Positions 25,667 through 40,336 are shown, counted from the first letter of the stretch. The stretch: 64,000 nucleotides of DNA from Octopus vulgaris (GCA_951406725.2 OX597823.1:64666001-64730000); one strand, 5' to 3'. The notes: a model not told the origin generated them from the letters alone. Program-made: numbers and translations.

Positions 25667-26506
25667 TACTACAGATCCAGTCCATCACTGGAACTGTAAA
25701 AATCTGTAAAACTTTCCAGAAGTTTAGCATTGAAATATATATGAGCATGTCTATATATACAACTATATACATGAGAAAACATACATAAGGCAAAACATAC
25801 AAATCTGCACATATAAATACATACATATATGCATACATACAAACATACATATATGCATACATACAAACAAAAATACCCTGTTGTTGATGTTGATATTCCA
25901 ATGAAGGATCCTTGGATCTAGGTTAGAAACCAGCTCTTTCTCTATAGGCAAGAAATCTTGAAATAAACTGAATAATGACATACATAAGAAAAGAAAATGC
26001 CTACGCCGAACTATTGAAGAATTTACAGCTATTCTATCCAGATTAGAAGTTCAGGTTTATACCTGTAAATACTGGGGCGCTTTGATGTATAACACACTGT
26101 CTAAATACCAGTCTTGAAAAGTTAGGCTTCTCGAAACCAGAAAGGAGATGACTACAGATCCAAGCCATCACTGGAACTGTAAAAACTGTAAAACTTTCCA
26201 GAAGTTTATCATTTAAGTATATATGAGCATGTCTAGACAGGGAAGTATATGCGTGAAATGACATTCATAAAACAAAACAGACAAATCTGCAGGTATACAT
26301 ACATACAAAAATACCCTGTTGTTGATGTTGACATTCCAATGAAGGAAGCTTGAATCTAGGTTAGAAACTAGTTCTTTCTCTGTTGGCAAAAAATCTTGAA
26401 ATAAAGCCAAACAATGCCATACATACATACATACATACATACATACATACATACATACATACATACATACATACATACATACATACATACATACATACAT
26501 ACATAC
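25667..26506 (+). mobile_element. Two tandem 3' ends of an RLE-type (R4/Dong-like) non-LTR element with (TACA)n tail
   Basis: RKENAYAELLKNLQLFYPD*KFRFIPVNTGAL*...LEKLG...LQIQAITGTVK fits K..Y..L...IP...GALG. 25667-25985 and ~26150-26420 are homologous; long (TACA)n follows. Confidence 0.7.
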
Positions 26507-29117
26507 AATGTTGAGGAGAGGAGTGGGACAAGTCAATTACATCAATCCTGGTGCTTGGTTGGTTCTTTATTTTATTGACTTTGAAAAGATAACAGGCTAA
26601 GTCATTCACCCTTGGTGCAATTTGACCCAGAAGTGACCCAGAAGACCCAGAAGACATATTGTAAAGCCTTTCATCCTTTCAGGGTCGATTAAATAAGCAC
26701 TAGTTATGCACAGGGGGGGGAGGTCGATGTAATCGACTTAATCCTTTTGTCTGGCCTTGTTTGTCTCCTCTATGTTTAGCTCCCCGTGGGCCACTAAAGA
26801 AATATATTGTAAAGCATTTTTTTCTCACACATTTGCAATTCTGCCAGTTTGCCACATGTCATTCCTGTGGTTTTATCTGGTATTGAGATACATCTCGTTA
26901 TGTTTTCTCACTGGAAAAACTATCAAAGTGATAATTCAAAGTTTTACCTATCACCAGTCTTATGTGTCAGGGTGTGAATGTTCGCTTATGCAAATGTGCC
27001 TCTCTATATAAGTATCATTTTCTCTTTGTAAATCTCTTTGTTTAAAAATCTGTTAAAATTTCATGGGGCAGGGCATAAATGTTGCTACCATCTCTAAGTA
27101 GACTGCTCCTACCACTGATGCCATGTTTATATAAGAGGCATTTTTCTTTATGTGCTTATCATTTTTTTAAATCCGTTAAGATTCCATGGGGCAGGGCATA
27201 AATGCTGCTACCACTTCCCTAGGAACCACCTCCTGCCACTATATCAGTTAATGTGATGTTTACAAATATTGTTTTGAAAACTGTCTGATGATAAAATAAG
27301 TTTTTCATTCAAAACATGAATCTTTTCTTTTTCCCTCCTTTTAACAAAGGTAAGATAATAAGAAAAAATCTCGTTCCCTTTCTACCTAACAGGTCCATAT
27401 AAACATGACATAACAAAACATCCAATTCAGAAAGTAATCTGATATTTTTTTTTCAGAAATTCATGAGCTCATGAAAGTCATGCCTGTCACAGGCAATTCT
27501 AATAACAACAAAAACGCAAAAATAAAAAAGAAAAAAAATGAACCAACAGCAACAATAATATTGATTTAGTTTGTTTACCACAAAGATGATGAAGGAAAAT
27601 ATATTACAAAGACAAAATAAAAATGTTAATATTGATATTAATAACAATCGTTTCTACTATAGGCACAAGGACTGAAATTTAAAAGGAGGGGACTAGTCAA
27701 TTACATCGACCCCAGAAGTGAACTGGTACTCATTTTATCAGCCCTGAAAGAATGAAAGGCAAAGTCGACTTCAGTGGTATTTGAACTCAGAACATGAAGA
27801 TGGAGGAAATACTGCTAAGTATTTTGCCTGGGGTGGTAAAGATTCCGCCAGCTCACTGTCTTTGGTTTAAAATTTTGCCACATAGACAGCATTTTGGGGG
27901 GAAGGGACTAGTCGCTTACATCGATTCCAGTGCTCAACTGGTACTTATTTTATTGGTTCTGAGAGGATGAAAGATAAAGCTGACCTCAGTGAAATTTGAA
28001 CTCAGAACGTAATGATAATCGAAATACCATTAAGCGTTTTGTCTTGTGTGCTAACAATTCTGCCAGCTAGCCACCTTATTGATATTAATAATCCTTTTTA
28101 CAGGAAGCACAAAGCCTCAAATACGTGGGAAGAGATTAAATCGATTACATCGACCCCAGTGCAAAACTGGTACTTACTTAATTGACCCTGCAAGGGTGTA
28201 AAGCTAAGTTGATCCCAGCGGAATTAGAACTCAGAATGTAAGGACGGATGAAATACTGCTTAGCATTTTGTCTGGCATGCTAATGATTCTGTTAGCTCAC
28301 CACACCATCATCCTCCTCATCATCATCATCATCATTTAACGTCTGTTTCCCACACTGGCATGGGTTGGATGGTTTGACTGAGGTCTGGAAAGCCAGTGGC
28401 TGTGCCAGGCTCCAAACTGATCTGGCAATGATTCTATAGCTGGATGCCCTTCCTAATGCCAACCACTCCGAGAGTGTAGTGGGTGCTTTTTATGTGCCAC
28501 CAGCACAGAAGCCAGTCAGGGGGCACTGGCATTGGCCATGTTCGGATGGTGCTTTTTATGTGCCACTGTCATGAGAACCAGTCAGATGATGTATTTTACA
28601 TGCCACCAGAATGGGAGCCAATCAGTGTCCACTTGCCACAGCTACGATTTTGGTTTTACTTGACTCAACAGGTCTTCTCAAGCATATATTGCCCGATGCT
28701 GCACCATGTTCTAGTCTGATTTGGCATGGTTTCTATGGCTGTTTGCCTTTCTTAATGCCAACCACTCCAAGAGTGTAATGGGTAGTTTGTACGTGTCACT
28801 GTCATGGCTGCTTATTTGTGTCACCAGCATGGGTGCTTTTACGTACATGGGTGCCAGTTATGAAACTCCAATGGTTTAAAATTTTGGCACAAGGCCAGCA
28901 ATCACAGTGGAGGTCTCTAAATTAATTACATCAATGCCAGTACTCAACTGATCCTTATTTTATTGATCCTGAAAGGATTCAAGGCAAAGTTGACCTCAGC
29001 ATAATTTAAACTCAGAATGTAAAGATAGATGAAATGCTGTGAAGCATTTTGCCTGGTGTGCTAATAATTCTCTCAGCTCACCACCTTAATAAGAATTATA
29101 ATGATAATAATATTAAT

Positions 29118-29895
29118 AACAAGAACACTCAGAGAATGCAAACCTCACTGAAGGCAAAACCAACGTCCCCTCAGTGATTAGCCAGAGATGATTTTTAAAA
29201 TGAGAATATCTGAAATAAACTTGACTGCTCTCATGAACGGGAATACTAAAAATGAACCTGACTGCTCTCAAAAATTAGGCGTAGGAGTGGCTGTGTGGTA
29301 AGTAACTTGCTTATGAACCACATGGTTCCGGGTTCAGTCCCACTGCATGGCACCTTGGGCAAGTGTCTTCTACTATAGCCTTGAGCCGACCAAAGTCTTG
29401 TGAGTGGATTTGGTAGATGGAAACTGAAAGAAGCCCGTCGTATATATGTATGCATATATATATATGTATACGTATGTGTGCATGTGTGTACCTGTGTTTG
29501 TCCCCCCAACATCACCTGATAAGCGATGGTGGTGTGTTTATGTCCCTGTAACTTAGCGGTTCGGCAAAAGAGACCGATAGAATAAGTACAAGGCTTACAA
29601 AGAATAAGTCCTGGCATCGATTTGCTCGACTAAAAGGTGGTGCTCCAGCATGGCCACAATCAAATGACTGAAACAATTAGTAGAGTAAAAGTAAAAAAAC
29701 AGGAAAAATAATCTAGAATCCTTGTCCAGTACCAGATTAATCCCAAAATTTAATTCGTTTGTGTCAGTCATGAGACCAAATATTCCTGCAAGTTTCATCT
29801 GAATTTATCCAGCGGTTCTCGAGATATCTTGTCCATGGACAAACAAACGAATACAACTGCAAACAATAGCTCTGCCTTCGCTGAGGTGGAGGTAA
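29118..29895 (+). mobile_element. Helentron-associated (HINE-like) element split by a SINE
   Basis: 3' hairpin CTCTGCCTTCGCTGAGGTGGAGG plus related 5' subterminal motif AACCTCACTGAAGGC; family-B SINE inserted at 29277-29693. Confidence 0.5.
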
Positions 29896-30771
29896 TAATG
29901 AGTTTAAGCTGGCATGTTCAAAATAAAACAACACACAAAGATAAAACAATTTCTCTCTTTCTTATGGAGAATTAGTATTTAAGAATAGATATATTATAGA
30001 ATTAATATCTATTACAATAATGAAATTATGATATGTCTGTGTAAAAAAAAAGCTCGCTATGGCTAGACGGGTGGATTTTAATCTGAAAAATCAATCACCG
30101 ATTCATGCGATAAACTAGTTAACCATCACATCAAATATTCGAGGAAATGAGATTTTACAGAAATAATTTCATCTTAGTTTCCCAACACCACAGGTTAAGT
30201 GTGTGTGTATGTATATATATGTGTGTGTGTGTGTGTGTGTATATGTATGAATATATATATGCATATGTATATATATATGTTTATATAAGTATATATATAT
30301 GCATATATATGTATATGTATGTATGTATATATATGTATGTGTATATATATATATATATATATGAATATGTGTGTATATATGTGTCTATATACATATACAT
30401 ACATATATGTGTGTATATGTATGCATATATATAGGTGTGTGTGTATACACACACACACATCATATATCGATCTTTTTTATTTCGCACCGGAAACTTGTTG
30501 AAGTTACTGAATGATATACTTCAAATTTTGAGTTGGAGGCACAGATATAGTATAGTTTTAACGTTCTTTACAGTTCTGTATAGCTTTACATTTTGACTGT
30601 GAGGTGAAACCTGTAAATGCTAACTTATTAAATTTATAATGAGCCCCTTCAGCAAACTTACAGAAAGATATTTTAGAATCCATCTTTCTTGCAATATTTA
30701 TGAAGTTCACATTTTTTTTATATATAATTGGTTATGGTTGTCTTCAGTTGAACAAACATCTTCCACTTGGT

Positions 30772-30899
<128 letters not shown>

Positions 30900-31009
30900 G
30901 TATATATATAGATTATACATGTATATATATATGTTTGTGTGTGTGTATATATACACACACACACATATATATATGTACACACATGTATGTATGTATGTAT
31001 GTATGTATG

Positions 31010-31063
<54 letters not shown>

Positions 31064-31188
31064 CATACACATGCACACAGAAATGCATACTTTTACCTTG
31101 GTCTTTGTGTTTTTTGTACGATATAAATATATATTCATGCACAAACACAGACACACACACACATATCCATATACACGCACTATATATA

Positions 31189-31225
<37 letters not shown>

Positions 31226-31729
31226 GTATACATATATGAATGCACGCACACTCACACACATGCAGACATGTATATATATTTGATGTAGCTGTGGTAGGGG
31301 AAATTTTGGTATTTTGTAAGTCTGGTATTTTCATACCAATTCTTAAGTAACTGATGCACCAAACAACATTTTGAGATTTCGTCATTGTGTAATTGATTTT
31401 GCTCGTTATCACTTGATAAACGTTACTAGAAATAGAAGAAACTGAAGAGCAATGAACTAAATAGTTTAGAGTATGTTATGCAATTTTTCTAATTCCTTGT
31501 TTTGAGTTCATATTCTACTTCTATATAATTTTGTCATTTATCCTATCTGATTCTAGAATAAATAAATGTGTAGAAGTGGCCATGTGGTAAGAAGTTTGCT
31601 TTCCAATCACATGGTTCCAGGTTCAGTCCCACTGCATGGCACCTTCAGCAAGTGTCTTCTACCATAGCCTCAGGCCAACCAAAGCCTTGTGAGTGGATTT
31701 GGTAGATGAAAACTGAAAGAAACCCATCT

Positions 31730-31767
<38 letters not shown>

Positions 31768-32038
31768 CTCTACATTTTAAACCTGATGTAATATTTGCAT
31801 TGTTCAATTAAATGGAGTCGCATGAAGCAATCGTACTGCATTACCTCTGAATATCCTTGTTGCTTATTTTGATTATAATCACCCATTTTGAATTATATGG
31901 ATAATACCAAACTAAATTCTGGTGCCTTTAACTTAAGTACCATATTCAACTGAATCTAAATTTTACTGAACTTATATAGCCATGATAGATCGCTAGCTAC
32001 TACATACATTTTTTTTTCTCCTTGTTTTTTTCTGTGTA

Positions 32039-32076
32039 TCTTTCTGTCGAAGAGCATAGGCTCGAAACGTAAAAGA
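32039..32076 (+). ncRNA. Minimal hammerhead ribozyme-like motif (variant core)
   Basis: TCTTT-CTGTCGA-A-GAGC-ATAG-GCTC-GAAA-CGT-A-AAAGA: stems I and II are perfect and stem III is palindromic ACGT. The downstream repeat also occurs at ~12889-12953. Confidence 0.5.
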
Positions 32077-32691
32077 CTTTTTCTATTCCTGAGCACTATA
32101 CTAATACATTTGTTTGTTTGTACACCACCTGCCTTCGTCTTTTGTTTATTTTCATAAGCTTTCCCTTTATATATATATATATATTTGTGTGTCTGTGTTT
32201 GTCCCACCCACCCACCATCACTTAGCAACTGATGCTGGTGTGTTTTTGTGTGTGTAGTTTGGAAATCTACTACTGAATTTAGAGTCCTACATAGATTATT
32301 ATAATTAAGTCTGTTTTAGTGCAAGTGGGTTGGCTGTTACTTTACTAGTATTACTAGTTACATACAGAACAAATGTAGGAAATGCTATGATAAATATGGG
32401 TTTCTTTCTTCTTTTTCCTCCTCTCATTTCACCATCATGGCTGTTTGAAACTGTGCATTGGATGTTGTTGCACGTGCATTTGAATACTTGACTATAATTG
32501 TCTTCAGGGAACACTTCATGGCTTTATGTTACAGAGAATTAATGTCTGAAGTTGGAAAGATGGTTAGACATCTTGTAAGTTATTATGAGAGGGAATTGGA
32601 AAGAAAACAAAAGGCAGAGAGAGAGAGAGAGAGAGAGAAAGTGAGACAAAGAAATAAAAGAAAGGTAGAGAAGACAGGAAAGAGAAAGAAT

Positions 32692-32723
<32 letters not shown>

Positions 32724-33306
32724 CATGTGAGAGAAAGACAAGACTGTGATTGAAGAAAGAAAGGCAAGACTGAATGAGACAACAATAAAAGGATAAAAAG
32801 CAAAAATGCAAAAATTTATAAATAGGAAATATACAAATAAAAAAATAAAAGTAATAAAAACGTAAAAAAATAATTCATAAATAAACCTTATATATATACA
32901 TATATATATACATATATATATAGACATATATATTTATTTGTAGATAGATAGATATAGCTAAATAGATAGATAAATAGATAGAGAGGTAGGTAGGTAGGTA
33001 GGTAGACAGACGAATGGATGGATGGAGGGATGGATGGATAGATGCATGGATAGATGGGTGGATGGATGGATGGATGGATGGGTGGATGGATGGATAGATA
33101 GATAGATAGATAGATAGACAGAAAATTTACACTTGGAGCATCTACTTCAGAATTTCCAACAACTACAATTAGGAAAACGTACATAAGAGCAACTGTTATA
33201 AATGTGTGTTTATTGTAATACATATATACATGTGTTTGTGTGTTTGTGTGTGTGTGTGTGTATTTATATATATATATATATATACACACATACACACATA
33301 TATATA

Positions 33307-34146
33307 CAAGGTGTGAAGGATAAATTGTCACCATTTTATATTTTTGATTTCACGCATACACATTGTTTATTTTTGATTTTGTTGACTAGACAGTATAGTA
33401 GGGTCAGTTGGGCACCATCTGTTAGAAAAACTGTACCATGATGCAATTCACTCGGCCAGAAATTTGGGAACAACATGCTGTAGTGCTTGGCATTCAAGCC
33501 GGATGCCACAATATGAACATTTCAGACTGTTTGAGTGTCAATCTGAGGACATGTACCGAGAGTGATAAAAATCAAACATCCAGTCAACATCTTGGTGTTT
33601 AGGGATATCACTAGTGATGGTGATGTTATGCCTCCACTAATCTTCTGACATGGCCTCAGACTCAACATCGAGGCCTACATCAAGTGCCTGGAGGAGATAG
33701 TGCTGCCCTGGTCAAGAAGGTGACTGCTGGAAGACCCTATGTCTGGCAACAGGACTTTGCACCATACCACACAAGCAGAAGAACCTGTCATGTCTGTCAG
33801 ACAATTTCCATGACCACATCACACCTAACATTTGGCCATCTACCTCCCCAGACTGCAACCCCCTTCATTATTATGTGTGGGGCTCCTTGTAACACCAAAG
33901 AGGAACTGGAAGCAAGTATTAGGGCTGCATTCACCAACTTAAACAAGGAAACTGTCCAGAAGAGTTGCAGAATATTCCAAAGCCAATTGGAGGCTGTGGT
34001 TAAAGCCAATGGCAATTTTATTGAATAAATTTACTCTTTAGTATTTCAAGATATTTTTATGTAATTTTGATAATTATATCTGTTGAAATGAAATGTCAGT
34101 GATTTTTTCATTTTTATGTAGTTTAGACGGCAGCTTATTCACTGCG
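33307..34146 (+). mobile_element. Internally deleted Tc1/mariner (maT-like) transposon
   Basis: Frameshifted transposase: YVWQQDFAPYHTSR / WPSTSPDCNPLHYYVWG / NTKEELEASIRAAF...LEAVVKANGNFIE*. TA-CAAGGTG left end. Confidence 0.85.
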
Positions 34147-35479
34147 AGAAATTGTTTTGTTAGCTTGTTATGTACTTCTGTTTTTTTTATTTGCTATAGA
34201 AGGAACCCACAACATTTTTTAACCTGGTAATAGCAGTCAAATCTACCTCAAACTGCATCATGTCATTAAAAAAATTACAAAATAAAAACCACACTGAATA
34301 ATTTAGTTCTAAAAATAGCAAAAGAAAAATGTGATAGTCACAATTTGAATATTATTCTTTGTATGTCTGCCTGAATATCAACAGTCTAAGGATCATCAAC
34401 GATGATTTATTATAATTCAATTTACATATGACTGCTATTATGTATATCTCTGTGTGTTCGAAGTTCAAATTCTCTCTACTTCAAATCCCCAATTAATATT
34501 CTAAACCTAGAGCTTGAATAATACCTTATTTTCTGGCATACAAGTTGATGTAGTATACATTGTAAACATGTAATATAAATATTCAGTCATTGTCACAACT
34601 TTTCCAAATCCTGCTGAATTTCATGTGAACTTGTTGGTCCACCAAGGATTCTAGGTGTTTTAAGTCAACCTACCTTTTATGACTGTAAATTCTAATCTGA
34701 AAAAGCTTGACGTGTATGCCAGAAAATATGATGTTGTCCAGTGTATACTATTTCTCTAAAGGAAAGAAAGACATCATGGTTCAAATGAATTTGCTCATAG
34801 GTCTTTTCAATCAGGTATGACTTAAAGGTAAACAGCAAAATCATAGAAATGATTAAGGTCACAACAGAGGTACATAGTTTTTTTATTTCACTATATGGAG
34901 TGGATCTGTGGTAAGTAGCTTGCTTACCAACCACATGGTTCTGGGTTCATTCCTACTGCATGGCACCTTGGACAAGTGTCTTCTACTATAGCCTCGGGCT
35001 GACCAAAGCCTTGTGAGTGGATTTGGTAGACAGAAACTGAAAGAAGCCCGTTGTATATATGTGTATATATATATATATGTATGTGTGTGTATATGTTTGT
35101 ATGTCTATGTTTGTCCCCCAACATCACTTCACAACTGATGCTTGTGTGTTTGCGTCTCCGTAACCTAGCGGTTTGGCAAAAGAGACTGATAGAATAAGTA
35201 CTAGGCTTACAAAGAATAAGTCCTTGGGTTGATTTGGTCGACTAAAGGCGGTGCCCCAGCATGGCCACTGTCAAATGACTGAAACAAGTAAAAGAGTAAA
35301 AGAGAGACTATTAATTTTCTACTGCAGTTGCTGCTTCATATTCCAACCACAACTAATAATTGATGGCCCAGTCAAACCCTTGCTCTGAATAAGTATTATT
35401 CATACGTTTCTTTACTGTATGAAACAAACTGAGGGTACCATTGATTACAGTAATATTGATATGGTCTGCTGTTGAAGAT

Positions 35480-35800
35480 GTCTAGGTTGTTGAGAGCATA
35501 ATTTTAATAATGACAGCCCATCATTGGGGATGACAGTGTTGATACTGGACGTTCATCCTCATCCGCCCCCAACACATTTTTTTCTTGTGGGAGTAGATAG
35601 GGCTGACATGACCGATATGAGATATATAGATCCTGTGGCACTGAGGGCACTGAAAGGGACCCCAAACAACAGCTGCAGGGTGTTGATGGTGATGTGTCTT
35701 CCTCTCTTCATGCAGTCCTCAGCATTCAGATTCAAAGCTCTCCACTCCAGCATCACACATGGAACCTCCATGCCTTCCAATTGTTGAGAAGCATATTGAC
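35480..35800 (-). mobile_element. Degenerate RTE LINE 3' end
   Basis: Minus strand PFQCPQCHRIYISHIGHVSPIYSH resembles the RTE C-terminal C..C.R....IGL.SH...H finger. Confidence 0.55.
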
Positions 35801-36552
35801 CAAAAAAAAAAAAAATGTCATATGTAAGATTGCAGTGAAGGAAACCAGAAATTACACCTTTATATCCCATATTGAAATGTTAGGTGAAGGTAAATTCTTT
35901 AATGTTTTATCAATGTCTCTTCGAATTATCAAATCTTAATAGTATTTCCCTGAATATTACAAAATACTCACTTTCTTTCCATTTTTTGGTTTTAATACAT
36001 TTTAAAAGTTTCCTGGCATTCCGACTAGATTGTTATAGTAACAATCAATATAGTTATAATTAATAATGTGTCTATCTTACAACAAGTATTCGAAAGTCTT
36101 TATTCTCTTTCATCAACTGTTATGACTTCAAATGATCGCAAAACTTAATGTTCCCAAACGTCTTATTCTCTTCATTTAAAATCTTCACTAGATAATTTCT
36201 ATCTGTTTCTTCAAGGAATCTCATTGGAAATGTCACAATAACAAAATTTCAAGCATCATTAATTTTCTTTATGCCTGACCTAAGGAGCGAAGATCAGGTT
36301 TTCATTATTAATTCAATTCTTTAGCGTAAGAATTAATCTCAAGTGACTTACTGACTTATATAGAAATCACAAAAGTTCTTCAATTCGCATCAAAGATATT
36401 TGTTTGAGATAGACAGACTGAGAAAACTTACACACACACACAACACACACGTAACACATATGTACACCTGCATGCTCACATACACAACCAAACACACAGA
36501 CACAAACACCCACACACACGTATATATATATATATATATTTATATATACATA

Positions 36553-36600
<48 letters not shown>

Positions 36601-36601
36601 C

Positions 36602-36647
<46 letters not shown>

Positions 36648-36707
36648 GTGTGTGTGGGTGTATATGTTTGTGTGTGTTTATATATTTATATATATATATA
36701 TACATAC

Positions 36708-36832
<125 letters not shown>

Positions 36833-37570
36833 CATACATATATATATATCTATCAATGGCAGAAGTGATCATAGTGTGAACAAAAATGGAAATTGAAAAT
36901 AGCTTCAGAATATTTGAATAAAAGGAAAAATTGAAATTGTATAAACCATAGATGAAATACAATGGATAAGAATATGAACTTATGTTCAGAATCTTTAGAT
37001 GTAGAATCCATACCAGCACCGAGCTAGGGTAAAAGAAAGAAACTGAAAATAGACAAGTGACTAAATTATTAGTGTCATAGGTTTCAAGTTTAAATCTCTT
37101 ACATGTCTTGCTTCTTGTTATGCATTTAGGATGTATACTTAATTTTCCATGCTTCGTTTAACCAAGCTACCAATGGAATCGGAACTTTTAAGTTCAGAAA
37201 GTTACCCGAGTTCAAATAGCATTCTCTCTATGGACCTAATTGTCTTTCATCTGCTTAATGTACTTAATGTATATGGAACCAGAGCTAAGCCCATTAAGAC
37301 TTCAGAAAAGTATCTACAATGATTACGCTCAATTTTTTACTATTGAATCAGGCTGGGTTCATTGGTTTGAAGGCTTTGTATCCCATCAGTGCTACTGTAC
37401 ATTTAGCTATTCATGGATCAGTGTAGTCTGTTGTTATAATTGTTATTAATGTTAAATTCCAGATTAACTCTGTTGAGCAGACCTATACTCAAAAACATTC
37501 CACTCATGACTGTCATGTCTTTATGGAGGTATGCAGGACTACATGATCCAATGTGTCTTTCCATTTTACA

Positions 37571-38235
37571 TAAGAGTAGGCTGTGATTTAAAGGAGATTC
37601 AGCTGCTCTTTCTAGCAGGTCAAGCAGCCATGTAGAGGCCACCTACATTTGATTCAGCATTGAAAATCTGTATGTAGGGATGGGTTAGTTCACTTCTGGA
37701 AGTATCAGCAGAAATCTGTTTTTAATTTCTTTGCATAAGAGTAAGGTGTGATTTAAAGATTTGGCTGCTCTTTTTAGCAGGTCAAGCAGCCATCAAGAGA
37801 TGGGAAGGGTTAATTCACTTCGGGAAGTATCAGCAGAAATCTGTTTTTAATTTCTTTGCATAAGAGTCAGGTGTGGTTTGAAGGAGATTTGGCTGCTCCT
37901 TTTAGCAGATCAAGCAGCCATCTAAAGATGGGAAGGGTTAATTCACTTCGAGAAGTATCAGCAGAAATCTGCTTTTAATTTCTTTGTATAAGAGTAAGGT
38001 GTGATTTAAAGGAGATTTGGCTGCTCTTTTTAGCAGGTCAAGCAGCCATCTAGAGATGGGAAGGGTTAATTCACTTTGGGAAGTATCAGCAGAAATTTGT
38101 TTTTAATTTCTTTGCATAAGAGTAAGGTGTGGTTTATAGGAGATTTGGCTGCTCTTTTTAGCAGGTCAAGCAGCCATCTAGAGATGGGAAGGGTTAATTC
38201 ACTTAGGAAAGTATCAGCAGAAATCTGTTTTTAAT
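37571..38235. repeat. ~128-bp tandem repeat, ~5 copies
   Basis: TAAGAGT.AGG unit starts at 37571, 37736, 37861, 37989 and 38117. Confidence 0.92.
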
Positions 38236-38878
38236 ATCTGTTTATTGTACACAATGTCAATATTTGTGTTTATTTCATTGAGTTTACTTTTTCTCAAGGG
38301 ATGAAAGGCCAAGAAAAACTTTGGCAGGATTTCAGTTCACACAACTAATTCATCAAATAGTTATGGCCAACCCGTGACCCCCACCCCTCTGCTCTACAAA
38401 GAAAAACAAAAAAAAAACCTTTTGAAAGGAAAAAGCCAAATGAGGAGGTCTCTGTATACTTGCTTGATTAGTTAGAAATAGCAGCCAAATTTCCCTCAAA
38501 TTACACTGTAACATCTCAAAAGCTGTGTATGACATACTGGTTAATATAATCCTAAATCCACAATGCTCTAGGAATGGGTGAAACAGTCATAAGTGAAATG
38601 AATTTCATTATAAGCCTGTTCTAATGGGGTTGACCTGAGGCTAAATAACAAGATCAATAGCATACTGTGAATGGTGCCAAAGGGAAATAGTCTAATGTGG
38701 TATATACTCTTTACTCTTTTACTTGTTTCAGTCATTTGACTGCGGCCATGCTGGAGCACCGCCTTTAGTCGAGCAAATCGACCCCGGGACTTATTCTTTT
38801 GTAAGCCCAGTACTTATTCTATCGGTCTCTTTTTGCCGAACCGCTAAGTGACGGGGATGTAAACACACCAGCACACAA

Positions 38879-38909
<31 letters not shown>

Positions 38910-40336
38910 CATATATACGACAGGCTTCTTTCAGTTTCCGTCTACCAAATCCACTCACAAGGCTTTGGTCGGCCCGGGGCTATAGCAGAAGACACTTGCC
39001 CAAGGTGCCACGCAGTGGGACTGAACCCGGAACCATGTGGTTGGTTAGCAAGCTACTTACCACACAGCCACTCTTAATAATTCCTGCTAACTTTGGTTCA
39101 TTGTTATTCTTTTTAAAGATTCTTGATGCTCAGACACCTAAGGGATTTTTATATTCCTCTGTGAAGCTGAAACAATTTGAAGATATTCTTTTATTTGTTT
39201 CAGTCATCTTGACTGTGGCCATGCTGGAGCGCTGCCTTTTTAGTTGAACAAATCAACCCCAGGTCTTATTCTTTGTAAGCCTAGTACTTATTCTATCTGT
39301 CTCTTTTGCTGAACCGCTAAGTAATGGGGATGTAAACACACCGACACCGGTTGTCAAGTGATGATGGGGGGACAAACACCAACACACAAACACCCATACA
39401 CACACACACAGACATACACACGCCCACATACGCACACACACACAGACATACACACGCCCACATGCACACACACACACACACACACACATATATGATGGGT
39501 TTCTTTCAGTTTCCGTCTACCAAATCCACTCACAAGGCTTTGGTTAGCCCAAGGCTATAGTAGAAGACACTTGCCCAAGGTACCACACAGAGGGACTGAA
39601 CCCGGAACCATGTGGTTGGTAAGCAAGTTACTTACCATACAACCACTCCTGTCAGTCATGGGACTGTGGCCATGCTGGGACACTGCCCTGAAAGATTTTA
39701 GTCTATCAAATCAACCCCAGTCCTTATTTTTCGTTATGTCTGATACTTATTCTATCAATCTCTTTTGCCGGACTGCTAACTTACAGGACCATAAACATAC
39801 CAACAAGGTTGTCAAGTGGTGATGGGGGAGAAACACAGACACAAAGACTCTCATACATAGGTATATAAACTTACATATATGTGACGGTCTTCTTTCAGTT
39901 TCTGTCTACCAAATCCACTCACGAGGCTTTGGTTGAGGTGAGGCTATAGTTGAAGACATTGCCCAAGGTTCCACACAATGGGACTGAACCTGAAACCATG
40001 TGGTTGGAAAGCAAGCTTCATACCACATAGCCATACCTGCCTCTATATATATTTATAAACACCTACATACATTTCTTTGTGTTTGTCTAACTACCCATGT
40101 TTCTTTCTTCTTTCTTTCCTTACACTATGACCAATCTGTGTGTGTGTGGGGAGGGCATGTGGCCTAGTGTGTTGCATTCGTGATTCTTAAGATTGCAGTT
40201 TCTATTCCTGAATCAGATGATAATACATTGTATCCTTGAGCATTTCACATTGTTTCTAATCCACTCAGCTGGAAAAAACAAGCAATCCTCTGACGGAGCG
40301 ATATCCTGTCCAAAAGGTAAATATATATATATATAT

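Noticed and set aside
32305-32545. Short minus-strand ORFs with a possible acceptor
   Set aside because: Frames close quickly and no homology is recognised.
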